Origin: an uncultured Candidatus Saccharibacteria bacterium
GTDB lineage: Bacteria; Patescibacteriota; UBA1384; JACPKC01
NCBI GenBank assembly: GCA_964423885.1
Contig: CAYRGD010000003.1
Span: 73,270-137,269 of the forward strand
Reading direction: 5' to 3'
Length of the DNA: 64,000 nucleotides
Shown here: one piece after another, positions 30,506 through 41,383 of the stretch
How the letters are laid out: every line of letters starts with the position of its first letter
Position numbering within the stretch: the first letter of the stretch is position 1
Notes under the pieces: model-generated
Database searches by the model: none
What the model saw: only the letters and a program-made list of their open reading frames with translations
What the model was told of the DNA's origin: nothing
Made by a program: the position numbers and the translations under genes

Positions 30506-32243
30506 ATGGCCGATTCCCAAGTCCAAGAGGTCAAAGACCGGATCGATATCGTCGACCTGATTACGCAGTACCTCCCCCTGAAACGGTCCGGCACGAACTT
30601 CAAGGGCCTCTGCCCGTTCCACCGTGAACGCTCGCCGTCTTTCATGGTTCACCCCGAACGCCAGAGCTTCAAATGCTTCGGCTGCGGCGAGGCGGGCGAC
30701 GTGATCACGTTCCTGCAGAAAGCCGAGGGGCTCACCTTTCCCGAGGCGCTGCGGCTGCTTGCCGACCGGGCTAACATCGAACTCCGGCCGCAGACCATGG
30801 CCGAGCAGCGGGACAAGGACGAGAAAACCCAACTCTACCGCCTGAACGCTGCGACGGCAGCGTTCTTCCACCATATCCTGACGGCGACGGACGCCGGCGC
30901 CCCGGCACGTAGCTACCTTGCCGGACGCAAGGTCGCCCCGGCGACCATCGACACCTTCCAGATCGGGTTCGCCCCGGCTGCGGGCGGCCTGGGGCCGTGG
31001 CTCGCGAAGCAGGGATTCCGGCCGGCCGACCTTAATCTGGCCGGCCATCCGGAACGGTTCCGATCCCGCGTCATGTTCCCGATCCGTGATCCGCTCGGCC
31101 ATGTGCTCGGTTTCACCGGCCGGCTGATCGACGACGTGCCGGACGCGCCGAAGTACTTGAATACCCCGGAAACGCCGATTTTCAAGAAGAGCAAGGCCGT
31201 CTACGGCTTGTACGAAGGCAAGGACGCGATCCGGCAGTACCAAGTGGCGATCCTGCTCGAGGGTCAGATGGACGTGGTACTTTCGCATCAAGTGGGTGTC
31301 CGGTTGGCCGTCGCCTCGTCGGGCACCGCGTTGACCGCCGACCACCTGAAGGCGGTGCGCCGGTACGCGCCGAAGCTGCTCCTTGCGTTCGATGCGGATG
31401 CAGCCGGCCAGACAGCGGCCGAGAAAGCGGTGGCGCTCGCCGCAGCCGCCGAGCTGTCGGTCAAGGTGGTGACGATGCCCGACGGGTTGAAGGACGCGGG
31501 CGAGGCGATCGAACGCGACCCGAAGCTGTGGCAGCAGGCGATCGGGGCGGCCCGTCCGGCGATGCGCTGGCTCATCGACAGCATGTGCGCCCGGTTCGGC
31601 ACGGCCGACGGCACGGCTAAAAAACTGGTCGCCCGGGCCGTACTCCCGCATATCCGTGCGATCGTCGACCCGGTCGAGCAGGCCCATGCGGTCGGCGAGC
31701 TGGCCCGCTCGCTCGCCGTACCCGAGCAGGCGATCCTCGACGCGCTCGCCCGCTCGCCCGCGCCGGCCGCAGCTGCCGGACAGACCGCTGCCCCGCCGAT
31801 TCCTGCGCCGGCCGAACCGCGCCCGATCGTCGAACGCCTGCTCGGCCTACTCCTTGTCCGTCCTGGGCTTCTGTCCGCAAATGAGCCGAGCGCAGCGCAG
31901 TTGCCGGCCGGCAGCTTCGCCGCGCGGCTATCCAAGACGATGGCGGCATGCTATACTGGCCCTACGCAGACAGCTGCGGATTTTTTGACATCGATCCACC
32001 GTCAGTCCTCCCGGGAAGACCAACTTGCCGTCACGGCCCTGGTCGCCGACACCGAACACTGGATCGCCGAGGGAATCGATCCCACGGCGGTCGCGGGCGA
32101 GCTCGCCGACCGGCTCCGGTCGGGCGAACGCGAGGAGCTTAAGCGGTCGATGGCAGCCAGGATCGCCGCCGCCGAGGCGACCGGCGACCGGACGCAGGTG
32201 AAAACGTTGATGACCGAGCTGCAAGCCATGTTGAAACCACACG

Positions 32244-32257
<14 letters not shown>
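30506..32257 (+). CDS. dnaG: DNA primase
   Basis: CPFH..CFGC zinc finger; [17 protein letters not shown] and FDADAAG Toprim motifs. Confidence 0.95.
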
Positions 32258-33368
<1,111 letters not shown>

Positions 33369-33375
33369 GCCGACC

Positions 33376-34257
33376 ATGCCGCGCGTCCGTCCCTCTGCCG
33401 CTGGCCTCATGGTGGCAGCACTCCTCGGGCTTACGGCGCTCGGACTGTTCCTGCGCCTCGCGTTCGCGGGCTCGCTCCACGTCGATCCGGTGGCGTTCCG
33501 GCTCGGCCCGGTTGCCGTACACTGGTACGGCCTCTTCGGCATGCTTGCCCTGGCGCTCGGCCTGCCCTGGACGATCGCGCGCGCCAAGCGTGCCGGGCTG
33601 CCTGCCGGCACGGCAGAATCCGCACTGATCGCCGCGACGCTCATGGGTCTCGTCGGCGCCCGGCTTGTCTATGTCCTCGAGAACCTGCCGTATTACAGCG
33701 GCCACGCCGCTGAAATCCTGCACGTTGCCACCGGAGGCCTATCGGTCCACGGCATGCTTCTTGGCGGGTTCCTAGGAGCGGCTGCGGCCTGCACTGTGCT
33801 GGGCATCGACCCGTGGCGGCTCGTTGACGCGGCGGTGCCGGCGCTGCTCTTCGGTATGGTCCTGGGCCGGTTCGGCAACTTCACGAACGCGGAGATACTC
33901 GGCTACCCGACCGCGGTGCCTTGGAAGATGTTCGTCGAGCCGGCTGCCCGCCCGGTATTGTACGCCGGTGCCGCGTACTTTCATCCGGTCTTCCTCTACG
34001 ACGCAGCGCTCAATGCGGCCGTGCTTGCCGGACTGCTTGTACTGGAACGCCGGGCCGTCTTCCGCGGTGAACGGTTCTTTTGGTTCCTGGCCGCGGTCAG
34101 TGTGACACGTTTCGTCGTGGAGCACTGGCGGATCAACGAGCCGTCGACCGTCGGCATAGTATCGCCCGCGCAGTGGACATCACTTGCGCTCGCAGCGGTC
34201 GCGGCTGTGGTGATCGCGCTAGGGCGTACCCGTCTCTTAGGGTTCGAGCGGGTCTGA
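33376..34257 (+). CDS. lgt: Prolipoprotein diacylglyceryl transferase
   Basis: VHWYG, GARL.YV, GGLSVHG, GRFGNF.N.E and HPVFLY motifs. Confidence 0.9.
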   Translation: MPRVRPSAAGLMVAALLGLTALGLFLRLAFAGSLHVDPVAFRLGPVAVHWYGLFGMLALALGLPWTIARAKRAGLPAGTAESALIAATLMGLVGARLVYVLENLPYYSGHAAEILHVATGGLSVHGMLLGGFLGAAAACTVLGIDPWRLVDAAVPALLFGMVLGRFGNFTNAEILGYPTAVPWKMFVEPAARPVLYAGAAYFHPVFLYDAALNAAVLAGLLVLERRAVFRGERFFWFLAAVSVTRFVVEHWRINEPSTVGIVSPAQWTSLALAAVAAVVIALGRTRLLGFERV

Positions 34258-35142
34258 CACGCCTGGCAGCACATCGGTCTCGTCAGCGGCGGACCGGGCG
34301 AGCGCGGCCAGCAGCTCGTCGGGCGATTCGCTTCCCCGGACACGGATGCGTGGCAAGAGCAAGCGGACCGAGTCCGGTGTCGCTACTCCGGACACGGTGG
34401 TGACCCCGAACGTGTACCCAACGTAGTCGGCCGTGCGGGCGACCTCGTCGGTCACCTTGCCCGACGGATAACTCACGGCCGTGACAGGTCTGCCGGTCAG
34501 CTGTTCGAGCACCTGGCGGCTGACGAGCAGCTCGTCGCGTACCCGCTGCGGCGGTGCGGTGGCCAGGTTGAGGTGGCTCACCGTGTGGGAGCCGATCTCG
34601 ATGCCTGCGTCAGCGAGCGCCTTCACCTGCGTCCGGGTCAGGTACCGGCCGTCGGGATCATCGAGCTTGCCAGTGATGACGAAGGCGACCGCTGTCATCC
34701 CGCGCGCCGCGAGCGCCGGGTAGACAGCGCTGAACAAGTCGGTGTAGCCGTCGTCGAACGAGAGGATGACGCTCTTTGCCGGGATGCGGCCGGTCAGGAA
34801 CTGGGCCGGCGTGACCGCGGTATACCCGGCCGTCGCCAGCGCGTCCAGCTGCCGGGCGAACAGGTCGGGCGTTACCGACAGATCGTAGCCGAGCGGGTCA
34901 TCGGCTTGGGATACGGTTCGGACGTAGTGGTACATAAGGATCGGTACTGCCGTCGGCGCGACGCCTTGCGCCGGTACGCGGACGGTCGTCGGCACCGCCG
35001 CCGGCTGCGCCAGGCCGGGACGTTCGGCCAAAAACGGACGGTCGAGCGGCCCGCCCCAGTTGGCGACTACGTACGCGCCGAGCGCCAGGCAAGCCAGGGC
35101 GCCGAGGGCTGACAGGAAACCCGCGAGCAGCGGTTTACCCAT
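34237..35142 (-). CDS. Membrane-anchored polysaccharide deacetylase (CE4)
   Basis: PILMYH, LSFDDGY, EIGSHTVSH and SYPSG motifs; N-terminal TM helix. Confidence 0.9.
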   Translation of the reverse strand: MGKPLLAGFLSALGALACLALGAYVVANWGGPLDRPFLAERPGLAQPAAVPTTVRVPAQGVAPTAVPILMYHYVRTVSQADDPLGYDLSVTPDLFARQLDALATAGYTAVTPAQFLTGRIPAKSVILSFDDGYTDLFSAVYPALAARGMTAVAFVITGKLDDPDGRYLTRTQVKALADAGIEIGSHTVSHLNLATAPPQRVRDELLVSRQVLEQLTGRPVTAVSYPSGKVTDEVARTADYVGYTFGVTTVSGVATPDSVRLLLPRIRVRGSESPDELLAALARSAADETDVLPGVSDPLEP

Positions 35143-35677
35143 GGCGCGGGATCCAGACGGGTTCGCGGACGCCCTGCTCGGCATTGACGGCCCGCGCGGC
35201 TGCGAAGAGCGCGTCCGACAGGCGGTTGAGGTAGCGGAGCGTCGTCGGTGCGACGGGGCTGGTGGCAGCGAGCGCGACCACGGTCCGCTCCGCCCGCCGG
35301 GCCGTGGCTCGGGCGACGTGGAGCGCTGCTGCCAGCGGATGGCCGCCCGGCAGGACGAACCGGGTGAGCGGCGGCGCGGTAGCCCACCAGGTGTCAATGA
35401 GCTGTTCGAGCTCACCGATCCGCTCCTCGCCGACCGCCGGGAGGCCGCCGTCGGGGTCAGCGAGCGATGCCCCGATCACGAACAGGTCGGCCTGCAGGTG
35501 ACGGATGACGGACGCGTACGGCTTTTGGGCGAGCGTGTGGCACCAACCAAGCAAGGCGTTCACTTCGTCGACCGTACCGATCGCGTCGAATACGGGATCG
35601 GCTTTCGACCGCCGCCCGTCGTCGAGCAGGCCGGACGTGCCAGTATCGCCGGTTTTCGTGTAAATCGGGCTAGGCAT
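35135..35677 (-). CDS. PduO-type ATP:cob(I)alamin adenosyltransferase family protein
   Basis: IYTKTGD.G.S, GTVDEVN, FVLPGG, RRAER and YLNRLSD motifs. Confidence 0.9.
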   Translation of the reverse strand: MPSPIYTKTGDTGTSGLLDDGRRSKADPVFDAIGTVDEVNALLGWCHTLAQKPYASVIRHLQADLFVIGASLADPDGGLPAVGEERIGELEQLIDTWWATAPPLTRFVLPGGHPLAAALHVARATARRAERTVVALAATSPVAPTTLRYLNRLSDALFAAARAVNAEQGVREPVWIPRHG

Positions 35678-37055
35678 CGCATTGGCTGGCGGCATCGGCC
35701 GCGGCGACCGCGACCGCCTCGGCGTACGACGGGAACGCGTGGACGAGTTCCGGGATAGCATGGACAGGGGCGCCGAGTTTCATCGCGAGTGCGACTTCGT
35801 GGATGAGTTCCCCCGCGTGCGGCGAGGCGATAGCGCATCCCAGGATCTTGCCGGTCTGTTGGTCGGCGACGAGTTTCACGAACCCGGCCGGTGCTTGGTC
35901 GATGAGCGCCCGGCCGAGCGTCGCGATGTCGGCCCGTCCGACGGCGATCGCCCGACCGGCGGCGCGCAGTTCCGCCTCGGTGCTCCCGACTGCCGCGATC
36001 TCAGGGTCGGTCGCGAGCGCCCGCGGCAGGACGCGCAGGTCGACCGACCGTTTCTGCGGGTGCGTCAGGTTGTGCGCGACGATCATGCCTTCGTAGTGGG
36101 CGGTGCTCGTGAACCTGGGCAGCGTCGTCACGTCGCCGACCGCCCAGATGTGCGGCACCGACGTACGCAGGTGCTGGTCGGTCGTAATACCGCCCTTTTC
36201 GATTGCGACGCCGATCCGTTCCAGCTCTAATCCTTCGACGTTCGGGGCCATGCCGGCCGCGACGAGCAGCTTCGTGGCCGTATACGCGCGCTTGCCATCG
36301 CCGCCTTCGCCCGTGACGGTCACCGCGTCGGTGGTACCGCGCGCGGCCGTCGCCTTGAAGCCGGTACGCACCGTGACGCCGAAGCCCTCAAGCTGGCTGC
36401 GGATGAGCGCCGCTACGTCCTCGTCTTCGTGCCCCAGGAGCTGCGGCCCGTATTCCAAGACGGTGACGTCGCAGCCGAACGTCGCCATGAGCTGGGCGAA
36501 CTCGACCCCGACCGGTCCGCCACCAAGCACCAGGAGAGAATCAGGTACGTGGTCGAGCTCAAGCATCTCGCGATGGGTCAGGAACGGCGTCGTAGCCAGG
36601 CCGTCGACCGGCGGTGCCTGGCACCGGCTGCCGGTGGCGATCACGAACTGCCGGCCGGCAAGCCGTACCGTCCCTACTTCAAGCGTATGGATATCGACGA
36701 ACGAGGCTGCGCCGTGTACTAACGTGACGCCCTCGCCCCGCAGGGTGTCGGCGGTCATGTGGCGGGCGGCGGTCTGGGCGACGACGTGGTCTTTGTACGC
36801 CTTGACCTTGCGGTAGTCGACCGGGGCGTCGTAGGCGCCCAGACCGAACTGGTCGGCGTGGGCTGCCAAGGAATGGATTCGGGCAACCCGCAGGAGCGCC
36901 TGGGTGGGTACGCAGGCCGTGTTCGGGCACTCGCCGCCAAGGTGGCGGTCGCGTTCCACCAGCGCGACCCGCGCCCCTTCGGCCGCCGCGCCGCGCGCCG
37001 CAGCCAAACCGGCCGCTCCGCCACCGATCACGATCACGTCGAAGGACTGTTCCAT
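35670..37055 (-). CDS. Pyridine nucleotide-disulfide oxidoreductase (dihydrolipoamide dehydrogenase/MerA-like family)
   Basis: GGGAAG FAD site, redox-active GGECPNTACVP, GGGPVG.E and HAFPSYAE motifs. Confidence 0.88.
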   Translation of the reverse strand: MEQSFDVIVIGGGAAGLAAARGAAAEGARVALVERDRHLGGECPNTACVPTQALLRVARIHSLAAHADQFGLGAYDAPVDYRKVKAYKDHVVAQTAARHMTADTLRGEGVTLVHGAASFVDIHTLEVGTVRLAGRQFVIATGSRCQAPPVDGLATTPFLTHREMLELDHVPDSLLVLGGGPVGVEFAQLMATFGCDVTVLEYGPQLLGHEDEDVAALIRSQLEGFGVTVRTGFKATAARGTTDAVTVTGEGGDGKRAYTATKLLVAAGMAPNVEGLELERIGVAIEKGGITTDQHLRTSVPHIWAVGDVTTLPRFTSTAHYEGMIVAHNLTHPQKRSVDLRVLPRALATDPEIAAVGSTEAELRAAGRAIAVGRADIATLGRALIDQAPAGFVKLVADQQTGKILGCAIASPHAGELIHEVALAMKLGAPVHAIPELVHAFPSYAEAVAVAAADAASQCDA

Positions 37056-37075
37056 GCGGGTATTGTACCCACGAA

Positions 37076-37819
37076 TCAGGCGGCGGTCAGTTGGATAAGT
37101 GGCGCGGCGGAAAAGTCCGGGGCCGTGAGGCCGTACCGCTGCCACCAGCGCGGCGGGATGCCGGTGTCGGCCAGCCAGAGCGACCCGACGAGCGCGGCCG
37201 CGTACGGCTTCAATGTCCCGGTTTTCGGGTAACCGAGCGTGATGGTTTTGTCGGCGCGGAAGGCCGGCGTGGTCGCCCGGCCTGTGGTGGCGTCCATGCC
37301 CGACGGCAGATCGACCGCGAGCTTCGGTACGGCGTACTTGCCGCAGGCGAAGATAAGCTCGCGGACCGGTTCGGCGAGCACGGATCCTTCGAGGCCGTAG
37401 CCGATCATCCCGTCGAGGATGAGGTCGGTATCGGGCAGGAGCGCGCCCGGATCGAAGACGCGGATCCCGTACTGCTCGGCCAGGTCGAGCTGCTGGCTTG
37501 TGAACGGCTTGACCGCCGACCGCTCCTGGCAGAGCAGGATCACCGGCACGGCGCCCCAGCTCGCGAGCTTGCGCGCTGCCGCTACGGCGTCGGCCCCGTT
37601 GTGCCCGCCGCCAGCCAGCACGAGCACGCGCTTGCCGGCCAGGCCGCCCAGCATCGTCCGGATCCGTTCGGCAATGAGCAGGCCGGCGACTTCGGCCGAG
37701 GCGGCCAGGAACAGGCCGGCCTGCAGGTCGAGCGCCTCGTCGACCGCGCGCATCTGGTCGGCGGTCACGCTCCCCAGGCCGTGGCCGGTCACGGGGTCGG
37801 GATCAGCGTGCGTCGACAA
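37076..37819 (-). CDS. nnrE: NAD(P)H-hydrate epimerase (stand-alone YjeF_N)
   Basis: VTADQMRAVD, GGGHNGAD, DGMIGYG and AVDLPSG motifs. Confidence 0.85.
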   Translation of the reverse strand: MSTHADPDPVTGHGLGSVTADQMRAVDEALDLQAGLFLAASAEVAGLLIAERIRTMLGGLAGKRVLVLAGGGHNGADAVAAARKLASWGAVPVILLCQERSAVKPFTSQQLDLAEQYGIRVFDPGALLPDTDLILDGMIGYGLEGSVLAEPVRELIFACGKYAVPKLAVDLPSGMDATTGRATTPAFRADKTITLGYPKTGTLKPYAAALVGSLWLADTGIPPRWWQRYGLTAPDFSAAPLIQLTAA

Positions 37820-38144
37820 GGGCGTTCGTGACGAGTCCGATGAGCCAGAGCACGACCGCGCCCATGAGGGCGGCGGTGAACGTGGTGATGTCGAAGCCCT
37901 TGATCACCGTTTGGACGAACCACAGCATGAGCGCGTTGATCACGAACGTGAACAGTCCAAGCGTCAGGATATTCACTGGCAGCGTAAGCAACAGCAGGAT
38001 CGGCCGGACGATCGCGTTCACGAGACCGAGCAGTAGTGCGGCCCCGAGCGCGGCGTAGAGGTTGTCGACCATGAATCCGGGCACGACGTACGCGACCAAG
38101 AGCAATGCCAGCGCGTTGATCAGCCACCGCAAGAGAATGAACAT
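37803..38144 (-). CDS. YvlD/4-TMS 'phage holin' family membrane protein
   Basis: GLVNAIVRPILLLLTLP..ILTLGLF..VINA motif. Confidence 0.88.
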   Translation of the reverse strand: MFILLRWLINALALLLVAYVVPGFMVDNLYAALGAALLLGLVNAIVRPILLLLTLPVNILTLGLFTFVINALMLWFVQTVIKGFDITTFTAALMGAVVLWLIGLVTNALVDAR

Positions 38145-38183
38145 AGAGAGCCTCCAATCTTGCTTACATCCTAGCACAAGGCA

Positions 38184-38210
38184 AGAAAAAACCCCGAGAG
38201 GATCGGGGTT
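38184..38210 (-). terminator. Intrinsic terminator
   Basis: AACCCCGA/TCGGGGTT stem with a U-tract on the minus strand, just after the stop at 38218. Confidence 0.75.
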
Positions 38211-38217
38211 GATACTA

Positions 38218-38856
38218 TTACGCAATCGATCTGGCAGCCGGAGCCGCCACGGATACGTCCGGGTATGGCCGGGCGATTGCCCAACCAATGAGTTCTCCGC
38301 CGTAGCACTCGCACAAGTCGACGAGCTGCTCGCAGCGCTCTTCCAGATCGGGGTCGATCGGCAATTCGGGCTGCAGCCGCCGCAAATGGCCAAGGATACC
38401 GCCGAAGCCGATCACGGCCGGCAGGATCGCTTTCTGGAAGACCTCATACCGCAGACTCTTGGTCGCTGCCGCGGTATTCGGTATCGGGCACTCGATCCGG
38501 TCGAGCGTCTCCGCGATTTCGGCGTACAGCTCGCAGCCGAGCTTCACGACATGGATCGCTGCGGCGATGAATCTGCGCCGTTGCTTCGTGAGCGCGTAGG
38601 TGGACGGTGGTCCGCCTGCCAGGAACAGGCTTCGAAAAAAGATCTCGAGCCTCAATTCGGGGGCCTGTTGCTGGCAGACCCGCGCGAAGCACGCCGGCCC
38701 GAAGCCGTACGGCGGCGAGACTTTGTCGTTCGGCCGGCCTGGGTCCCGCTTCGGGGTGATGAGCCGGTAGCATGTATCGATAAACCGCTGCCGGCTCATC
38801 GACGCAAGGCGTGTGACCTGGTCGCCGATTGCGACCCGTGAGGAATCGTATCGCAT
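38218..38856 (-). CDS. Hypothetical protein
   Basis: SD AAGGAG before the ATG at 38856 and a downstream terminator; no motif recognised. Confidence 0.6.
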   Translation of the reverse strand: MRYDSSRVAIGDQVTRLASMSRQRFIDTCYRLITPKRDPGRPNDKVSPPYGFGPACFARVCQQQAPELRLEIFFRSLFLAGGPPSTYALTKQRRRFIAAAIHVVKLGCELYAEIAETLDRIECPIPNTAAATKSLRYEVFQKAILPAVIGFGGILGHLRRLQPELPIDPDLEERCEQLVDLCECYGGELIGWAIARPYPDVSVAAPAARSIA

Positions 38857-38974
38857 TCGGGGATGTCTCCTTTTATAGAATTGTAAAGGTAAAAACCGCC
38901 TGCACCCTACCATATCTCCAGGGTATTCTCAATGCTGAACCGGTTTGGTACAGTACCCGCGTTCAATCCGATAT

Positions 38975-39049
38975 TCCCGGATAGCTCAACGGCAGAGCAA
39001 CTCGCTGTTAACGAGTAGGTTGCTGGTTCGAATCCAGCTCCGGGAGCCA
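38975..39049 (+). tRNA. tRNA-Asn (anticodon GTT)
   Basis: Acceptor stem TCCCGGA/TCCGGGA, anticodon arm ACTCG-CTGTTAA-CGAGT, GGTTCGAATCC and CCA. Confidence 0.96.
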
Positions 39050-39052
39050 ACA

Positions 39053-39080
39053 CAAAAACCCCCAACATTGGGGTTTTTGT
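39053..39080 (+). terminator. Intrinsic terminator after tRNA-Asn
   Basis: CAAAAACCCC...GGGGTTTTTG inverted repeat. Confidence 0.75.
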
Positions 39081-39145
39081 TGAATTTTGACTATTGTGAG
39101 GGAGGGGTATGATCTATATGAGCAGGTTCTAAATTACGGAGGGCT

Positions 39146-40894
39146 ATGTCCAAACTCAATGTAGACCAAAAAACCATACATGATTTGCTAACAGATAAGA
39201 AAGCAGATTTCCTAATACCAGATTATCAGAGACCTTATGCGTGGGATGAAGACCAGTGCCAAACGCTGTGGGACGATATAACGGCTTTCGCATTTCCCAA
39301 TAATGACCACACCCAATTCGATAAAAACGAAGAATATTTTCTTGGCTCTATCGTTACCTTTAAGAATGAAAATAGGCAGCTTGAGGTTATTGACGGTCAG
39401 CAACGCCTAACTACGCTGATGCTTATCTTGAGGGCATTCTACGATAGATTCGCTAATGCACAGGATCCTAATTCTACATCGACCAGAGCAATGATCGAAA
39501 AGTGTCTGTGGAGAATTGATGAATTTGGCCGCGTAGACAAGGATACGCTCAAGATCAACTCGGAAGTTGCTACAGACCATGACAAGGACGAGTTTTTAGA
39601 ATTATTGCGCAGCGGACAATCTGCAACAGGAAAAAGTCAGTACGCAAAAAATTACGATTTCTTTAAACAAAAGATTAATGAACTAGCTGAAAACGCGATC
39701 CCCAACTTCCCGTATCTGCCCGCCCGCATCCTTGGTAACTGTATTTTGTTACCAATTGAGGCTGAGTCACAAGATACGGCGCTAAGGATATTCTCGACCC
39801 TCAATGATCGTGGTTTGCCACTTTCTGACGCCGACATTTTCAAGGCGCAATTCTATAAATACTTTAATGATAAAAGCCAAAACCAAAAGGACGAGTTTAT
39901 TGAGGATTGGAAGAACCTAGAAGATGTAACGAGTAAGATTTTCCACCCAAATACTGGCACGCCGATGGACGAACTCTTTACTCGTTATATGTACTACTTG
40001 CGTGCCAAAGAAGGCAATAAGAATACTACAGTAGAGGCTCTGCGCAAGTTTTACGAGCGGGGTAAATATAAATATCTCAAGGAAGACAATACCATTGAAA
40101 ACCTAAAGTCTCTGGCACTTTTTTGGGAAAATGTGGCACGACAAAATGAAGAAATATTTTCGGAAGATGTCCTTAAAAAGTTGTTTATTTTGAACTATGC
40201 ACCTAATGGCATGTGGCAATATATGACATCAGTATATTTCCTGCAAAACAAGAATGATGACGAAACACTGGATGAGACACCATTTGTAGATTTTCTCGAT
40301 AAGATCACTGCTTTCATTTTTGCCTACGCGATAACTAGCCCAGGTGTAAATGCGTTAAGAACGCCTGTATTTGATGAAATGATTAATATCATCAATGGTA
40401 TTGATGTTAGTTTCTCTGGTCGTAAGTTCAACCCGCACCAGGCAAGGTCGTTTTTTGATAACTACAAGTTCACCAATGGTCGCCCAATAACGCGCTCCAT
40501 CATTACATGGTATGCCTTCACTTTTAAAGGTCAGCCGTTGCTTGATATTGGCGAAACATTTCAGTTGGAACATATCTTCGCCAGAAAACGACAAGACATG
40601 GAAGGTGGACTCGTAAATGCAGCTAATCTCGAGTCGCTAGGCAATAAAATTTTACTCGAAGAAAGTATCAACATCAGGGCATCTGATTTCAGTTTTAAGG
40701 ATAAGAAAAAGATTTATAGCGGTGAGGGACGACGAGGTAGGAATCAAGAAAAAAGTAAAATAGCCGAAATTGAAAACATGATAGAGCGCACCAAGTTTGA
40801 TGAAAATGACATTGCTGAACGCAATAAGACTATTCTCGATAGATTCTTTGATTTCTTAGACAAAGAAAACTTACTGTCTGACTTAATAGATTAG
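39146..40894 (+). CDS. GmrSD-type modification-dependent restriction endonuclease (DUF262 plus DUF1524 HNH)
   Basis: IPDYQRPYAW, IDGQQRLTTL and FSTLNDRG motifs; C-terminal LEHI...LGNKILL..N..AS...F..KK..Y. AT-rich relative to the host. Confidence 0.88.
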   Translation: MSKLNVDQKTIHDLLTDKKADFLIPDYQRPYAWDEDQCQTLWDDITAFAFPNNDHTQFDKNEEYFLGSIVTFKNENRQLEVIDGQQRLTTLMLILRAFYDRFANAQDPNSTSTRAMIEKCLWRIDEFGRVDKDTLKINSEVATDHDKDEFLELLRSGQSATGKSQYAKNYDFFKQKINELAENAIPNFPYLPARILGNCILLPIEAESQDTALRIFSTLNDRGLPLSDADIFKAQFYKYFNDKSQNQKDEFIEDWKNLEDVTSKIFHPNTGTPMDELFTRYMYYLRAKEGNKNTTVEALRKFYERGKYKYLKEDNTIENLKSLALFWENVARQNEEIFSEDVLKKLFILNYAPNGMWQYMTSVYFLQNKNDDETLDETPFVDFLDKITAFIFAYAITSPGVNALRTPVFDEMINIINGIDVSFSGRKFNPHQARSFFDNYKFTNGRPITRSIITWYAFTFKGQPLLDIGETFQLEHIFARKRQDMEGGLVNAANLESLGNKILLEESINIRASDFSFKDKKKIYSGEGRRGRNQEKSKIAEIENMIERTKFDENDIAERNKTILDRFFDFLDKENLLSDLID

Positions 40895-40899
40895 AGGGC

Positions 40900-41361
40900 A
40901 TGCACGAGCCATATCTCACCTCATTCTTGCAAGGCAAATCTCCAGACCACCGAGGTCGCTTTCATCGCGACATCATCGCGTTCTCCAATAAGGAACTGGA
41001 GCAGTACCACGATTACATTCAGTGGATCTTCCCGCTCACCGAGAAAAGCGTGGCAATGTCGTGGACCCCTATTCTTGAGGATGTTGAAGTAATTCAACAG
41101 CTTAGAGCTGATAGAGCAGTTCTCGAAAATATGCGAGCTGCTTTGAGAGGGATGCAACGCTTTTATGCGGAAACAGACCATTGGTTACGACGCAACAACC
41201 ACAACCACCTTCGCATTGCCCGTATTCTCAAGTCAGCGGTGCTGTTAGGCCTTACAGAAGAAGCCGAACATTTTTACACGTTCATTCTTCATCGGCTTGG
41301 AGATAGTCAATCGGTAACAGATGAGAGCTTGGAATTTTGGAGGAATAGTATCGCTAAGTAG
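40900..41361 (+). CDS. Opioid growth factor receptor (OGFr) conserved-domain protein
   Basis: LE..HDYIQWIFP and HNHLRI.RILKS motifs. Confidence 0.82.
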   Translation: MHEPYLTSFLQGKSPDHRGRFHRDIIAFSNKELEQYHDYIQWIFPLTEKSVAMSWTPILEDVEVIQQLRADRAVLENMRAALRGMQRFYAETDHWLRRNNHNHLRIARILKSAVLLGLTEEAEHFYTFILHRLGDSQSVTDESLEFWRNSIAK

Positions 41362-41383
41362 GGTATTGTCGGTCGGTGCGGAG

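Noticed and set aside
35670-37055. Mercuric reductase MerA
   Set aside because: It lacks the C-terminal Cys-Cys pair and has no mer operon context.
37803-38144. 'Holin' gene as evidence of a prophage
   Set aside because: The YvlD-like family is commonly chromosomal, and there are no phage structural, lysin or integrase genes nearby.
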